Counted from the first letter of the stretch, positions 22,734 through 31,021 are shown. The stretch is 64,000 nucleotides of DNA from an uncultured delta proteobacterium (GCA_963785235.1 CAWAUM010000012.1:96001-160000), one strand, 5' to 3'. Numbers and translations: made by a program. Notes: generated by a model not told the origin, from the sequence alone.

Positions 22734-22790
22734 GCCCAACCAGCAAATCCACCGGACGGCTTTCAGCCGCCGGTGATCAGCACGTTGAGC
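22734..22790 (+). repeat. attC 3
   Basis: GCCCAAC...ATCCACCGG...CCGGTGAT...GTTGAGC. Confidence 0.9.
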
Positions 22791-22796
22791 ACCATC

Positions 22797-22830
22797 TTGA
22801 CTTTGAAAGGTAATAGCTGTACAATTGTAC
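22797..22830 (+). promoter_or_regulatory. TA cassette promoter and operator
   Basis: TTGACT-N17-TACAAT; palindrome GTACAATTGTAC 22819-22830. Confidence 0.75.
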
Positions 22831-22832
22831 GC

Positions 22833-23222
22833 ATGAAAATAGTCGCTGATACAAACGCTTTTATAGCGGTCGCTCTTAACGAGCCGGAAAAGAATACGAT
22901 CATTCGACTTACTGCAGGTTGTGATTTAATTGCACCTGAAGTACTACCTTTTGAGGTTGGAAATGCTCTATCAGCCATGGCTAAAAAAAACATCTTGGAT
23001 AAAAATGAACTGATTTCAGCTTGGGAGATGGTGCAACGTATACCAGTTGAATTACGTCATGTAGATATCAAGTCTGCATTGGGAATATCGCTGAAATTTA
23101 ATATTTACGCATATGATGCTTATTTCCTGGAATGTGCTGTTAGTTTGCGAAGCCCATTAATAACCCTCGATCGAGGCATGAAAAGAGTTGCCTCAAACCT
23201 TGGTATTACAATTTTGGAGTAA
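22833..23222 (+). CDS. vapC: Cassette 4: VapC PIN-domain toxin
   Basis: IVADTN, E, YDAYFL, TLD acidic PIN residues. Confidence 0.88.
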   Translation: MKIVADTNAFIAVALNEPEKNTIIRLTAGCDLIAPEVLPFEVGNALSAMAKKNILDKNELISAWEMVQRIPVELRHVDIKSALGISLKFNIYAYDAYFLECAVSLRSPLITLDRGMKRVASNLGITILE

Positions 23223-23446
23223 TGAAAATGAAAGTATATTCATATTCTGAAGCAAGACAGCGTTTTGCCGAGATTCTTAATACCGCACGTAAGGAAGAAG
23301 TAATCATTAAAAGAAGAGGTGGAGAAGCTTTCTCAATCACATTTAGAAGAACTGCCAACTCTCCTTTTGACGTTCCTGGCATTAAGACAAATGCAACCAC
23401 CAAAGATATCCTTGCAGCTGTAAAGGAATCTAGAGAGAGAAAATAG
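23222..23446 (+). CDS. Cassette 4: Phd/YefM antitoxin (downstream of the toxin)
   Basis: YSYSEARQRFAEIL...EEVII.RRG. Confidence 0.85.
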   Translation: MKMKVYSYSEARQRFAEILNTARKEEVIIKRRGGEAFSITFRRTANSPFDVPGIKTNATTKDILAAVKESRERK

Positions 23447-23578
23447 CCGAACAAGCAAATCCAGCGGACCGCAAACCGCGTGAGGGTTTGCTTCTGTCCC
23501 TGCTCCGCTTCACGGCCGTTGGTGATTACTGGCTTGGTGTTCCGTAGTGTTTGCGTCCGCTGATCCGCAGCGTTATGT
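23446..23578 (+). repeat. attC 4 (long, 133 bp)
   Basis: GCCGAAC, ATCCAGCGGAC-GCAAAC / GTTTGC-GTCCGCTGAT, GTTATGT. Confidence 0.85.
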
Positions 23579-23614
23579 GTAGTAATTTGAATATATTATT
23601 GGGAGGTCTATATC

Positions 23615-24100
23615 ATGGAAAATCAAATGACAGAATGGGGTGTAGGGCCTAAGTTTACCCTTTATTCAGCTATCTATTGTGTTCTCATGTTTGGGTTGAC
23701 TATGTATTTTGACCCGCTGTTTAAAATCACCTTGATTCCATATCGCATATTGGTATGGATAGGTATTATTCTCATTGTCTTGGGGATTCCTTTTTATCTC
23801 TTTTCTCTTGTCCCTGTCATGCGTGCCTTTAAAGCAAGGCGACTTATTACAAGTGGAGTTTATGGTATGTGTCGCCATCCAGTATATGCAGCTTGGTTGT
23901 TATTCTTTGTACCTAGCATAGCACTGTTCATAAATTCCTGGGCATTCTTGTCTGCTCCTTTTGTGATGTATTTCTTAGTAGGGGCATTGGTTACGAAAGA
24001 AGATATTTATTTAAAGGAAACCTTTGGGCAAGAGTATCTGGCATATAAACATAAGATACCGGCTATCCTGCACTATGGCTGGCTAAAGAGAAACACATAA
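23615..24100 (+). CDS. Cassette 5: isoprenylcysteine carboxylmethyltransferase/PEMT-family membrane protein
   Basis: LITSGVYGMCRHPVY; ED..L...FG.EY..Y. Confidence 0.88.
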   Translation: MENQMTEWGVGPKFTLYSAIYCVLMFGLTMYFDPLFKITLIPYRILVWIGIILIVLGIPFYLFSLVPVMRAFKARRLITSGVYGMCRHPVYAAWLLFFVPSIALFINSWAFLSAPFVMYFLVGALVTKEDIYLKETFGQEYLAYKHKIPAILHYGWLKRNT

Positions 24101-24146
24101 CCATCCACCGGACGGCTAAAGCCGCCGGTGATGCCGGTCGTTGGAA
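24095..24146 (+). repeat. attC 5 (spacer between R'' and L'' missing)
   Basis: ACATAAC-CATCCACCGG...CCGGTGATG...GTTGGAA. Confidence 0.8.
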
Positions 24147-24202
24147 CATAACCTTGAAAAGCATTTGCAGTCTATGTATATGGAAGGTATAATATATATA
24201 CC

Positions 24203-24463
24203 ATGGAATTTGAATTCAATCCGGAGAAGAGTGACAAAAACAAAGATAACCATGGAATTGACTTTTTTGAAGCACAAGCGTTATGGGAAGATCCAGACAT
24301 AATTGAAATTCCAACGAAAACAACAGATGAATCCAGATTTATGGTTATCGGAAAAATTGCAGATAAGCATTTCTCCGGTGTCATAACTTATAGAGGCAAT
24401 ACTGTAAGAATAATCTCTGTACGTAGATCCCGCAGGGAGGAGATTAATATTTATGAAAGCTAA
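24203..24463 (+). CDS. brnT: Cassette 6: BrnT family toxin
   Basis: FEF...K...N...HGIDF; RIISVRR. Confidence 0.9.
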   Translation: MEFEFNPEKSDKNKDNHGIDFFEAQALWEDPDIIEIPTKTTDESRFMVIGKIADKHFSGVITYRGNTVRIISVRRSRREEINIYES

Positions 24464-24677
24464 GGAATTTGATGCAAAATTTGATAATAACGAAGATGTT
24501 TCACAATATCTCGATATTTCGAAGGCCAGAAGACCAATCCAAGAACAGAAGCGGGTTAATGTCGACTTTCCTTTATGGATGATTCAACTTCTAGACAAAG
24601 AAGCAAAACGCTTAGGTGTACCAAGGCAGTCTATCATCAAATTATGGGTGGCTGAACGCTTACAAAAAGCATCTTAA
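24453..24677 (+). CDS. Cassette 6: CopG/BrnA-like RHH antitoxin
   Basis: KRVNVDFPLWMI..LD.EA.RLGV.RQS.IK; overlaps the toxin. Confidence 0.85.
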   Translation: MKAKEFDAKFDNNEDVSQYLDISKARRPIQEQKRVNVDFPLWMIQLLDKEAKRLGVPRQSIIKLWVAERLQKAS

Positions 24678-24681
24678 GCAG

Positions 24682-24814
24682 TTCCAACCATTCAATCCAC
24701 CAGACCGCAAGCAGCTCGTTGCCCTGCATTCGCCCTTGCCCCGCAACACGCCCTCTGCTGCACTTCTGCTTCCTGCACCGTAATGCTTGCGGCAGGTAAT
24801 CTCTGTCGTTACCC
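24682..24814 (+). repeat. attC 6 (long, 133 bp)
   Basis: TTCCAAC...CCGCAAGCA/TGCTTGCGG...GTTACCC. Confidence 0.82.
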
Positions 24815-24905
24815 TCAGATTGAATATGCAATCTATAGTTGCATTATGCAACATTTGGATATATAGTGATAGCGTCTTGTAGTAAAGATGTTTGGAGGAA
24901 TTATC

Positions 24906-25124
24906 ATGGCCACAGCAGTAAGAATATCTGAAAAACTTGTGAATGAGGCAAAAAAATTTGGGCGGATTGACCACAGGTCCTTGGCTGGTCAGATCGAGCA
25001 TTGGGCACGTATGGGTAAATGCGCAGAAGAGAATCCCGATTTGCCATACTCTCTCATTAAGGAAATCCTGATTGGGCTGGACGAGTTGGATCAGGACGAG
25101 AAGACCGAATACAAGTTTGGATAG
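24906..25124 (+). CDS. Cassette 7: ParD-like antitoxin
   Basis: RS..GQIEHWAR.G...EENPDLP motif; GGAGG RBS. Confidence 0.85.
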   Translation: MATAVRISEKLVNEAKKFGRIDHRSLAGQIEHWARMGKCAEENPDLPYSLIKEILIGLDELDQDEKTEYKFG

Positions 25125-25130
25125 TGCGTT

Positions 25131-25412
25131 GTGAAAGTTTACCAGTCAAGATCATTTGAGAAAAAGATTAAGAAAATGACCAAGTCAGAAAAGGATTCGT
25201 TGGATCGCGAAATAAAGAGAATTGCCGATGATCCAAACATAGGGGAAGAAAAGAAAGGTGACCTAAGAGGCGTATTCGTTCACAAGTTCAAACTCAAAAC
25301 AATCCACTATCTGCTCGCCTATCGAAAAGTTGGCGATGATCTGGAACTAGTAATAATCGGGCCTCATGAGAATTACTATCGAGGCTTGAAACAATATTTG
25401 AAAACCCGATAA
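25131..25412 (+). CDS. Cassette 7: RelE/ParE-like toxin
   Basis: GEEKKGDL.GV.V.KF; GPHENYY. Confidence 0.85.
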   Translation: MKVYQSRSFEKKIKKMTKSEKDSLDREIKRIADDPNIGEEKKGDLRGVFVHKFKLKTIHYLLAYRKVGDDLELVIIGPHENYYRGLKQYLKTR

Positions 25413-25415
25413 TGC

Positions 25416-25472
25416 GGGTAACCCTCGCATCCACCGGACGGCTAAAGCCGCCGCTGACCTCCAACGTTCGCC
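25416..25472 (+). repeat. attC 7
   Basis: GGGTAAC...GTTCGCC. Confidence 0.88.
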
Positions 25473-25542
25473 TTATGAAATTGCATCTTGCCAGGAAAAG
25501 ATCTTGGTAGTACTATTAGTTGTATTATAGGAGGTACCATCA

Positions 25543-25824
25543 ATGTCCAAGGCACCAAAGATTATACCCATTTCAGATCTCAGGCAAAATGCAAGTGATA
25601 TCATTAAGCGTGTTGCATCGTCCCGAGAACCTGTCTTCATTACACAACGGGGGAGAGCCGCTGCCGTAATGGTAAGCATGAAAGATTATGAGTATGCTCA
25701 ACATGAAAATGAAATATTGCGCTTATTAGCACGCGGAGCAAAAGAGATAGAGGCCGGGATCGGCTATGATCTTGATGAAGTACTCAAGGAAGCTGATAAA
25801 ATACTTGATGGTGCAAAATCTTGA
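25543..25824 (+). CDS. Cassette 8: Phd/YefM antitoxin
   Basis: PISDLRQ...PVFITQRGRAAAVMVS. Confidence 0.88.
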   Translation: MSKAPKIIPISDLRQNASDIIKRVASSREPVFITQRGRAAAVMVSMKDYEYAQHENEILRLLARGAKEIEAGIGYDLDEVLKEADKILDGAKS

Positions 25825-26111
25825 GAATTCTCTTTACACCATCAGCTCGTCTCCAATTTCTAGAAGCGTTTGAGTACATTCGAAAAGACAATCCTTCATC
25901 TGCAGTAGATTTTCGGAAGAAGGCAGAAAAGAGCTTATCACGCTTAATAAAATTTCCTGAATCTGGCAGATTCCTTCCTGAGTTTCAAGATCTCTCATTT
26001 CGTGAAGTAATCGTACAACCTTATAGGTTCTTCTATAAAATAAAGGATGATGTAGTGTGGATTGTTGCTGTATGGCATGGAGCACAGTTACCTCATGTCC
26101 CTGACAAGTAA
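25821..26111 (+). CDS. Cassette 8: ParE/RelE toxin
   Basis: F.PSA..., YI..DNP, FPESGR, YRFFY, VWHG. Confidence 0.88.
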   Translation: MRILFTPSARLQFLEAFEYIRKDNPSSAVDFRKKAEKSLSRLIKFPESGRFLPEFQDLSFREVIVQPYRFFYKIKDDVVWIVAVWHGAQLPHVPDK

Positions 26112-26115
26112 CCAA

Positions 26116-26178
26116 GGCGAACAAATCAATCCAGCTGACCCGGCGCAAGCGCCGGGCAGCTGATCTCTATCGTTATCT
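26116..26178 (+). repeat. attC 8
   Basis: GGCGAAC...CAGCTG-CCCGGCGC/GCGCCGGG-CAGCTG...GTTATCT. Confidence 0.9.
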
Positions 26179-26225
26179 TCTCCGTGCTATTGACAAATAT
26201 GCATGCATGATGCATATTAATGCAT

Positions 26226-26423
26226 ATGAGAACGACATTAAACATTGATACCAATACCTTAAATAAAGCCAGTAAGCTCACGGGGATCAAAGAGAAGACA
26301 GCTTTAGTCCAGCGCGGTCTTGAAGCTCTTATTGCAATAGAGAGCAGCAAAAGGCTCTCAAAACTGGGCGGCACAGAAAAGGAACTCCAGCCTATTTCAC
26401 GGCGCAGACAGTCTGGATCTTGA
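26226..26423 (+). CDS. vapB: Cassette 9: VapB antitoxin
   Basis: MRTTLNID...A..LTG..EKT.LV..GL. Confidence 0.88.
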   Translation: MRTTLNIDTNTLNKASKLTGIKEKTALVQRGLEALIAIESSKRLSKLGGTEKELQPISRRRQSGS

Positions 26424-26788
26424 CAATGGTTCTGGTCGACACATCCATCTGGATAGACCATTTTAAAAAAGGGAATGTCTCTCTCGAAAAACTATTGCTC
26501 GACATAAAGGTAATTTGTCATCCCTTTATTATTGGTGAGCTTGCCTGTGGTAACCTTAAGAACAGAAAAGAGATCATCTCACTACTTCATTCCCTTCCTA
26601 TGGCTCCTTCTTTAGAACATGATGAGATCTTGTATTTCATTGAAAGCAAAAAACTCATGGGTCTAGGAATCGGCCTTGTTGACGTGCATTTGCTTGCATC
26701 TGCTCATCTTGTTCATGCCCCTCTATGGACTATTGATAAGAAACTGCTCCATGCTGCAGATGCTCTAGGAATTTCATTCACAAGCTGA
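26420..26788 (+). CDS. vapC: Cassette 9: VapC PIN toxin
   Basis: VLVDTSIWIDH, GELACG, VD.HLL, WT.DK. Confidence 0.9.
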   Translation: MTMVLVDTSIWIDHFKKGNVSLEKLLLDIKVICHPFIIGELACGNLKNRKEIISLLHSLPMAPSLEHDEILYFIESKKLMGLGIGLVDVHLLASAHLVHAPLWTIDKKLLHAADALGISFTS

Positions 26789-26838
26789 AGATAACCCGCC
26801 ACTGCAGCCCCCGGCCGCGGCTGACCGGCACGTTAGTG
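26789..26838 (+). repeat. attC 9 (very short, 50 bp)
   Basis: AGATAAC...CAGCC/GGCTG...GTTAGTG. Confidence 0.78.
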
Positions 26839-26880
26839 CCGTGACCAAATCTATTCACACCCGTAAGGAGATTTTCTGCA

Positions 26881-27627
26881 ATGGACATTCCACGGATCTT
26901 CAACATCACCGAAAGTGCTCACCGCATCCATAACCCGTTCACACCCGAAAAGCTCGCCACTCTCGGCGCGGCGCTGCGTCTGGAAACGGGAACCCGAGTG
27001 CTCGACCTCGGCAGCGGTTCGGGGGAGATGCTGTGCACCTGGGCACGCGATTACGGAGTCATCGGCACCGGCATCGACATGAGCCAGTTGTTCACCGAGC
27101 AAGCAAAACTCCGCGCTGAAAAACTCGGTGTCGCCGATCAAGTCAAGTTCATCCATGGCGATGCTGCCGGCTTCGTCTCTGACGAGAAGGCCGGTGTGGC
27201 AGCCTGTCTCGGTGCCACGTGGATCGCCGGTGGTGTTGCCGGCACCATCGAGCTTCTGGCGCAGAGCCTCCGCGCCGGAGGGATCATCCTCATCGGCGAG
27301 CCCTACTGGCGGCAGTTACCACCGACGGAAGATGTTGCCAGGGGGTGTCTTGCCGGCTCAATCTCTGACTTTCTCACGCTTCCAGAACTTCTCGCGTCTT
27401 TCGGCCACCTTGGCTACGACGTCGTAGAAATGGTTTTGGCAGACCAAGACGGCTGGGACAGATACGAGGCGGCTAAATGGCTCACCATGCGCCGATGGCT
27501 TGAAGCCAATCCCGACGACGAGTTCGCGAAAGATGTTCGAGCCAAACTAACCTCGGAACCCGAGCGCTACGCCGTTTACACGCGTGAATACCTGGGCTGG
27601 GGCGTGTTCGCGCTGATGACGCGGTGA
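26881..27627 (+). CDS. Cassette 10: class I SAM methyltransferase, YjhP-like
   Basis: VLDLGSGSG motif I; closely resembles E. coli YjhP as recalled. Confidence 0.88.
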   Translation: MDIPRIFNITESAHRIHNPFTPEKLATLGAALRLETGTRVLDLGSGSGEMLCTWARDYGVIGTGIDMSQLFTEQAKLRAEKLGVADQVKFIHGDAAGFVSDEKAGVAACLGATWIAGGVAGTIELLAQSLRAGGIILIGEPYWRQLPPTEDVARGCLAGSISDFLTLPELLASFGHLGYDVVEMVLADQDGWDRYEAAKWLTMRRWLEANPDDEFAKDVRAKLTSEPERYAVYTREYLGWGVFALMTR

Positions 27628-27669
27628 TGAGGGGATTACCGGGCGACTCAGAAAGTGGGGAAAACCAAT

Positions 27670-27766
27670 CATATCAATTGCATCCAAGCGGATCCTTGGG
27701 CCGCTCGGCCGTACAAAATTCATCACTTACCTGCCGCCCCAGGGGCCGCTGAGCGTGTCGTTGGAT
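27670..27766 (+). repeat. attC 10, R'' degenerate
   Basis: AGCGG/CCGCT L boxes and GTTGGAT present; no intact AAC core. Confidence 0.6.
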
Positions 27767-27845
27767 GCTATCCGATAGAATGCCGATAAGTATTGCTTGA
27801 TAATGCGCATTAATAGATCTATTATATGCGCATAAGGAGGCAGAC

Positions 27846-28094
27846 ATGCAACTCAGTATCTTTAACCCCAAGGCACCTAAAAAATCTACCAACCTCAGTA
27901 TCAACAGCGATCTACTCACACAAGCCAAGCAGAATAATATCAACTTATCAAAAGCATTGGAGCAGCGTCTTGTGGAAATGCTGCTGGAGGAAAAACGCTG
28001 CAAATGGAGAGAAAAGAACAAAGAAGCTATCGACGTATATAATCATCGGGTTGAAACCTCAGGGATTTTTAGTGATCATTTGAGGAATTTTTAA
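27846..28094 (+). CDS. ccdA: Cassette 11: CcdA antitoxin
   Basis: KK.TNLSINSDLL..AK...INLS...W.E.N.EAI..YN. Confidence 0.9.
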   Translation: MQLSIFNPKAPKKSTNLSINSDLLTQAKQNNINLSKALEQRLVEMLLEEKRCKWREKNKEAIDVYNHRVETSGIFSDHLRNF

Positions 28095-28408
28095 TGGCAC
28101 AATTTGATGTATACGAGAATCCTAATGAGCATACAAAAAAGAACGTCCCTTATCTTCTCGACCTTCAAGCTGACCTTCTCAACTCTCTTGCAACACGTGT
28201 TGTAGCACCTCTTGTAAATGCATCAGCAATGGGTAAACCAATAGACTATATTAATCCACAATTTCAAATAAAACGAAAGACTGTATATATGTCTACTGCA
28301 GAGTTGGCAGGTGTTCCTGTTCGTGCATTGGGCGATAAGGTCGGTTCCCTCAAAGATCAACGTCATATTATTATTACAGCTCTTGATTTTTTATTCACAG
28401 GTTTCTAA
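28094..28408 (+). CDS. ccdB: Cassette 11: CcdB toxin
   Basis: MAQFDVY.N, PYLLD.Q.D, TRVV.PL, ALDFLFTGF. Confidence 0.92.
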   Translation: MAQFDVYENPNEHTKKNVPYLLDLQADLLNSLATRVVAPLVNASAMGKPIDYINPQFQIKRKTVYMSTAELAGVPVRALGDKVGSLKDQRHIIITALDFLFTGF

Positions 28409-28412
28409 AGGC

Positions 28413-28472
28413 ATCAAACCATGGCATGCACGCGGACGCCCTGACGCGCGCCTGTGATGCCCGGCGTTGGGC
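28413..28472 (+). repeat. attC 11
   Basis: ATCAAAC...GTTGGGC. Confidence 0.82.
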
Positions 28473-28533
28473 GCCATTCTCAACGCAATTAAACTCCATT
28501 GACAAGTTGTAGCCAATTGGCTACATTGTATGT

Positions 28534-28747
28534 ATGAAAGAAATCCTTAAAACTGAAGCCTTTGCGAAATGGATTGATGAAATTCAAGATATCCGTGCGC
28601 GTGCTCGTATTCTGGTCCGAATTGAGAGGCTATCGGGTGTATTATAAGGAACAAGGACGGAAGCTGATAATTCTTTTAGCAGGTGGCGATAAGCATTCAC
28701 AGGCCAGGGATATAAAAACAGCATTACGTCTGGCAAGAAGCTTATAG
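28534..28747 (+). pseudogene. Cassette 12: RelE/HigB-like addiction-module killer with internal deletion and frameshift
   Basis: MKEILKTEAFAKW...RIERL joins out of frame to GYRVYY...LAGGDK..Q.RDI; the usual central segment is absent. Confidence 0.82.
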
Positions 28748-28756
28748 GAGTTCATC

Positions 28757-29050
28757 ATGGCTAAAACTATAACAACTAAATATGATGTCGCCGAACATTT
28801 ACGTACACCAGAGGAAATTGCAGCTTACCTCGAAGCTTGTCTTGAGGTAGCAAATGGTGATGCGGCTTATATTGCTAAGGCTCTTGGTGATATTGCACGC
28901 GCCAAGGGCATGACACAAGTAGCGCGTGATGCCGGCTTGTCACGTGAAAGTCTTTACAAAGCACTCTCTGGTGAAAGAAGCCCTGGATTCGACACAATCC
29001 TTAAAGTTTTACAAGCACTCGGCTTGAAATTGCATGCAGAAGCAGCCTAA
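28757..29050 (+). CDS. Cassette 12: HTH addiction-module antidote
   Basis: ALGDIARAKGMTQVARDAGLSRESLYKALS. Confidence 0.9.
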   Translation: MAKTITTKYDVAEHLRTPEEIAAYLEACLEVANGDAAYIAKALGDIARAKGMTQVARDAGLSRESLYKALSGERSPGFDTILKVLQALGLKLHAEAA

Positions 29051-29197
29051 GCAAATTGTTAAATCGCCCAACCAACTAATACAGCCGGCGGCGACGCGTG
29101 CCCTTAGATTCTGGACTTTCATAATTATTTGACCTTGATACATTGGGACATCCATCATATATCTTCCTGGTAAGACATGTTGTCATGAGGAGAAAAC

Positions 29198-29752
29198 ATG
29201 CCAGACCCAGCAACCATAAAGATGTCATCAAAAGGACAGGTTGTCATCCCTGAGAATATAAGAAATGAAACAATTTCAGATATTGATGCGATATCGAAAG
29301 TTACCATTGCCGCCTTCCAGAATCTTGCAATCAGCAATCATACGGAGCAATTCATAATAAATGCATTACGGGATGCCACTGTACTGACCATTTCGCTAGT
29401 CGCAGAAGTAGATGGAAAAGTGGTAGGCCATATAGCGTTTTCGCCTATAGCAATTTCCGATGGCAGCCTTAATTGTTATGGCCTAGGCCCTATATCTGTC
29501 CTGCCAAAATTTCAGAAACAGGGCATTGGAAAATCCCTTATCCTAAAAGGCTTATCCTTACTGAAAGACATGGGTGGCCAAGGCTGTGCTCTAGTAGGTG
29601 ACCCAAACTACTATAAACGGTTCGGCTTTAAAAATATTCCAGATTTAATTTATGAAGGTATTCCACAAGAAGTCTTTCTTGTCATGCCGTTTGATAAACA
29701 AATACCTCAAGGCACAGTCATATTTCACAAAGGGTTTCTGGCAAATGGCTGA
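29198..29752 (+). CDS. GNAT acetyltransferase (YhbS-like) with fused AbrB/MazE-type N-terminal peptide
   Basis: MSSKGQVVIPENIR then NET.SD; GHIAFSP, LGPISVLP.FQKQGIG, GDPNYY.RFGF. Confidence 0.82.
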   Translation: MPDPATIKMSSKGQVVIPENIRNETISDIDAISKVTIAAFQNLAISNHTEQFIINALRDATVLTISLVAEVDGKVVGHIAFSPIAISDGSLNCYGLGPISVLPKFQKQGIGKSLILKGLSLLKDMGGQGCALVGDPNYYKRFGFKNIPDLIYEGIPQEVFLVMPFDKQIPQGTVIFHKGFLANG

Positions 29753-29806
29753 CCGGTTCATCCAGGCGGACGCAGCGGAGCCGCGCCGCTGGCGCCCATG
29801 TTCGGT
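29747..29806 (+). repeat. attC 13 (R'' AAC changed to GAC)
   Basis: GGCTGAC...GCGG/CCGC...GTTCGGT. Confidence 0.7.
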
Positions 29807-29817
29807 GAAATAACTTT

Positions 29818-30876
29818 ATGAAATTGAGCGATCTAGGTTTCCACCAATGGTTTGAGGCGTACATGAGCGAGTTGCATCAGGTGGGCCGCGGCATTGCCCG
29901 CATATCGGCAGTTGACCGCGGTTCATACCTTATCAGAAATGAAACCAGAGAAATCCCGGCTGAACTCGCCGGGAAGTATTCTTATCAGGTTGAAAGCTCC
30001 GTCGACCTGCCATGTGTCGGAGATTGGGTGACGGTGCAATACTACAACGATGACACGGAGGCAATTATCCACAAAGTGTTTCCGCGAAAGACTTTCTTGC
30101 GCCGCAAGACCGCCGGTGAAAACGTCGATTTCCAGATGATTGCAGCCAACATAGATAGCGCCTTCATTGTTCAATCATGCCATTTTGACTTCAACCCGCG
30201 ACGAATGGATCGGTACCTGGTAATGGCGGCCGACGGAAATGTTGAGCCGATCATCATCCTTACAAAGACGGATCTGATCACCCACGATGAACTGGAACAG
30301 AGGCTTGCGGTCACCAGATCAACCGCGATTTCAGCCAGAGTCCTTGCCCTCAGTAACATCAGCGGTATCGGGTTTGACGAGTTTCAAGAGATGCTCGTCC
30401 CGGGAAGAACCTACTGCCTGCTTGGTTCATCGGGCGTCGGGAAGACAACACTCATCAACCGCTTGATCGGTCAGGACGCTTTTGACACAAAGGCTGTCAG
30501 TGGAACGGGAGAAGGCACCCATACGACTTCACGTAGGCAGCTCATCGTTCTTGATCAAGGCGCCATGTTGATTGATACACCTGGAATGCGAGAGCTGGGC
30601 CTTCTTGGTGTCAGCGATGGGTTCAGCCAAGGCTTTGAAGATATTCTCCTCCTTTCCGCACGCTGTCGCTATGCGAATTGTAGCCACGAACACGAGTCCG
30701 GTTGTGCTGTCCGAGCTGCAGTCAGAGGCGGTGAATTGAATGAAGATCGCTATTCCAGCTATATAAAGCTCAAGAAGGAGTCCGAGTACCACGAGATGTC
30801 GTACCTAGACAAACGGAAGAAGGACAGAGCATTCGGTCGCTTCATAAAATCGGCCAAGAAGCAGATAAAGGAATGA
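29818..30876 (+). CDS. rsgA: Cassette: ribosome small subunit-dependent GTPase RsgA homologue
   Basis: TKTD, GSSGVGKT, HTT, DTPG, C..C.H.C zinc finger. Confidence 0.92.
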   Translation: MKLSDLGFHQWFEAYMSELHQVGRGIARISAVDRGSYLIRNETREIPAELAGKYSYQVESSVDLPCVGDWVTVQYYNDDTEAIIHKVFPRKTFLRRKTAGENVDFQMIAANIDSAFIVQSCHFDFNPRRMDRYLVMAADGNVEPIIILTKTDLITHDELEQRLAVTRSTAISARVLALSNISGIGFDEFQEMLVPGRTYCLLGSSGVGKTTLINRLIGQDAFDTKAVSGTGEGTHTTSRRQLIVLDQGAMLIDTPGMRELGLLGVSDGFSQGFEDILLLSARCRYANCSHEHESGCAVRAAVRGGELNEDRYSSYIKLKKESEYHEMSYLDKRKKDRAFGRFIKSAKKQIKE

Positions 30877-30885
30877 AAAACGGGC

Positions 30886-30983
30886 ACCGAAAAAACAGTT
30901 ACATGCGGCTGGACAAGCAGGGCTGCAAACAAAATTTGTCTGATAAGACCAATCGCATCCACCGGACGGCTTACAGCCCCGGG
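30886..30983 (+). repeat. Degraded attC remnants
   Basis: ACCGAAA (mutated R''); CATCCACCGGACGGCT..AGCC at 30956 matches attC 3, 5 and 7. Confidence 0.55.
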
Positions 30984-31021
30984 AGTGAGGCCATATTTGA
31001 GTCATCGAAGGAGGTTGGATA

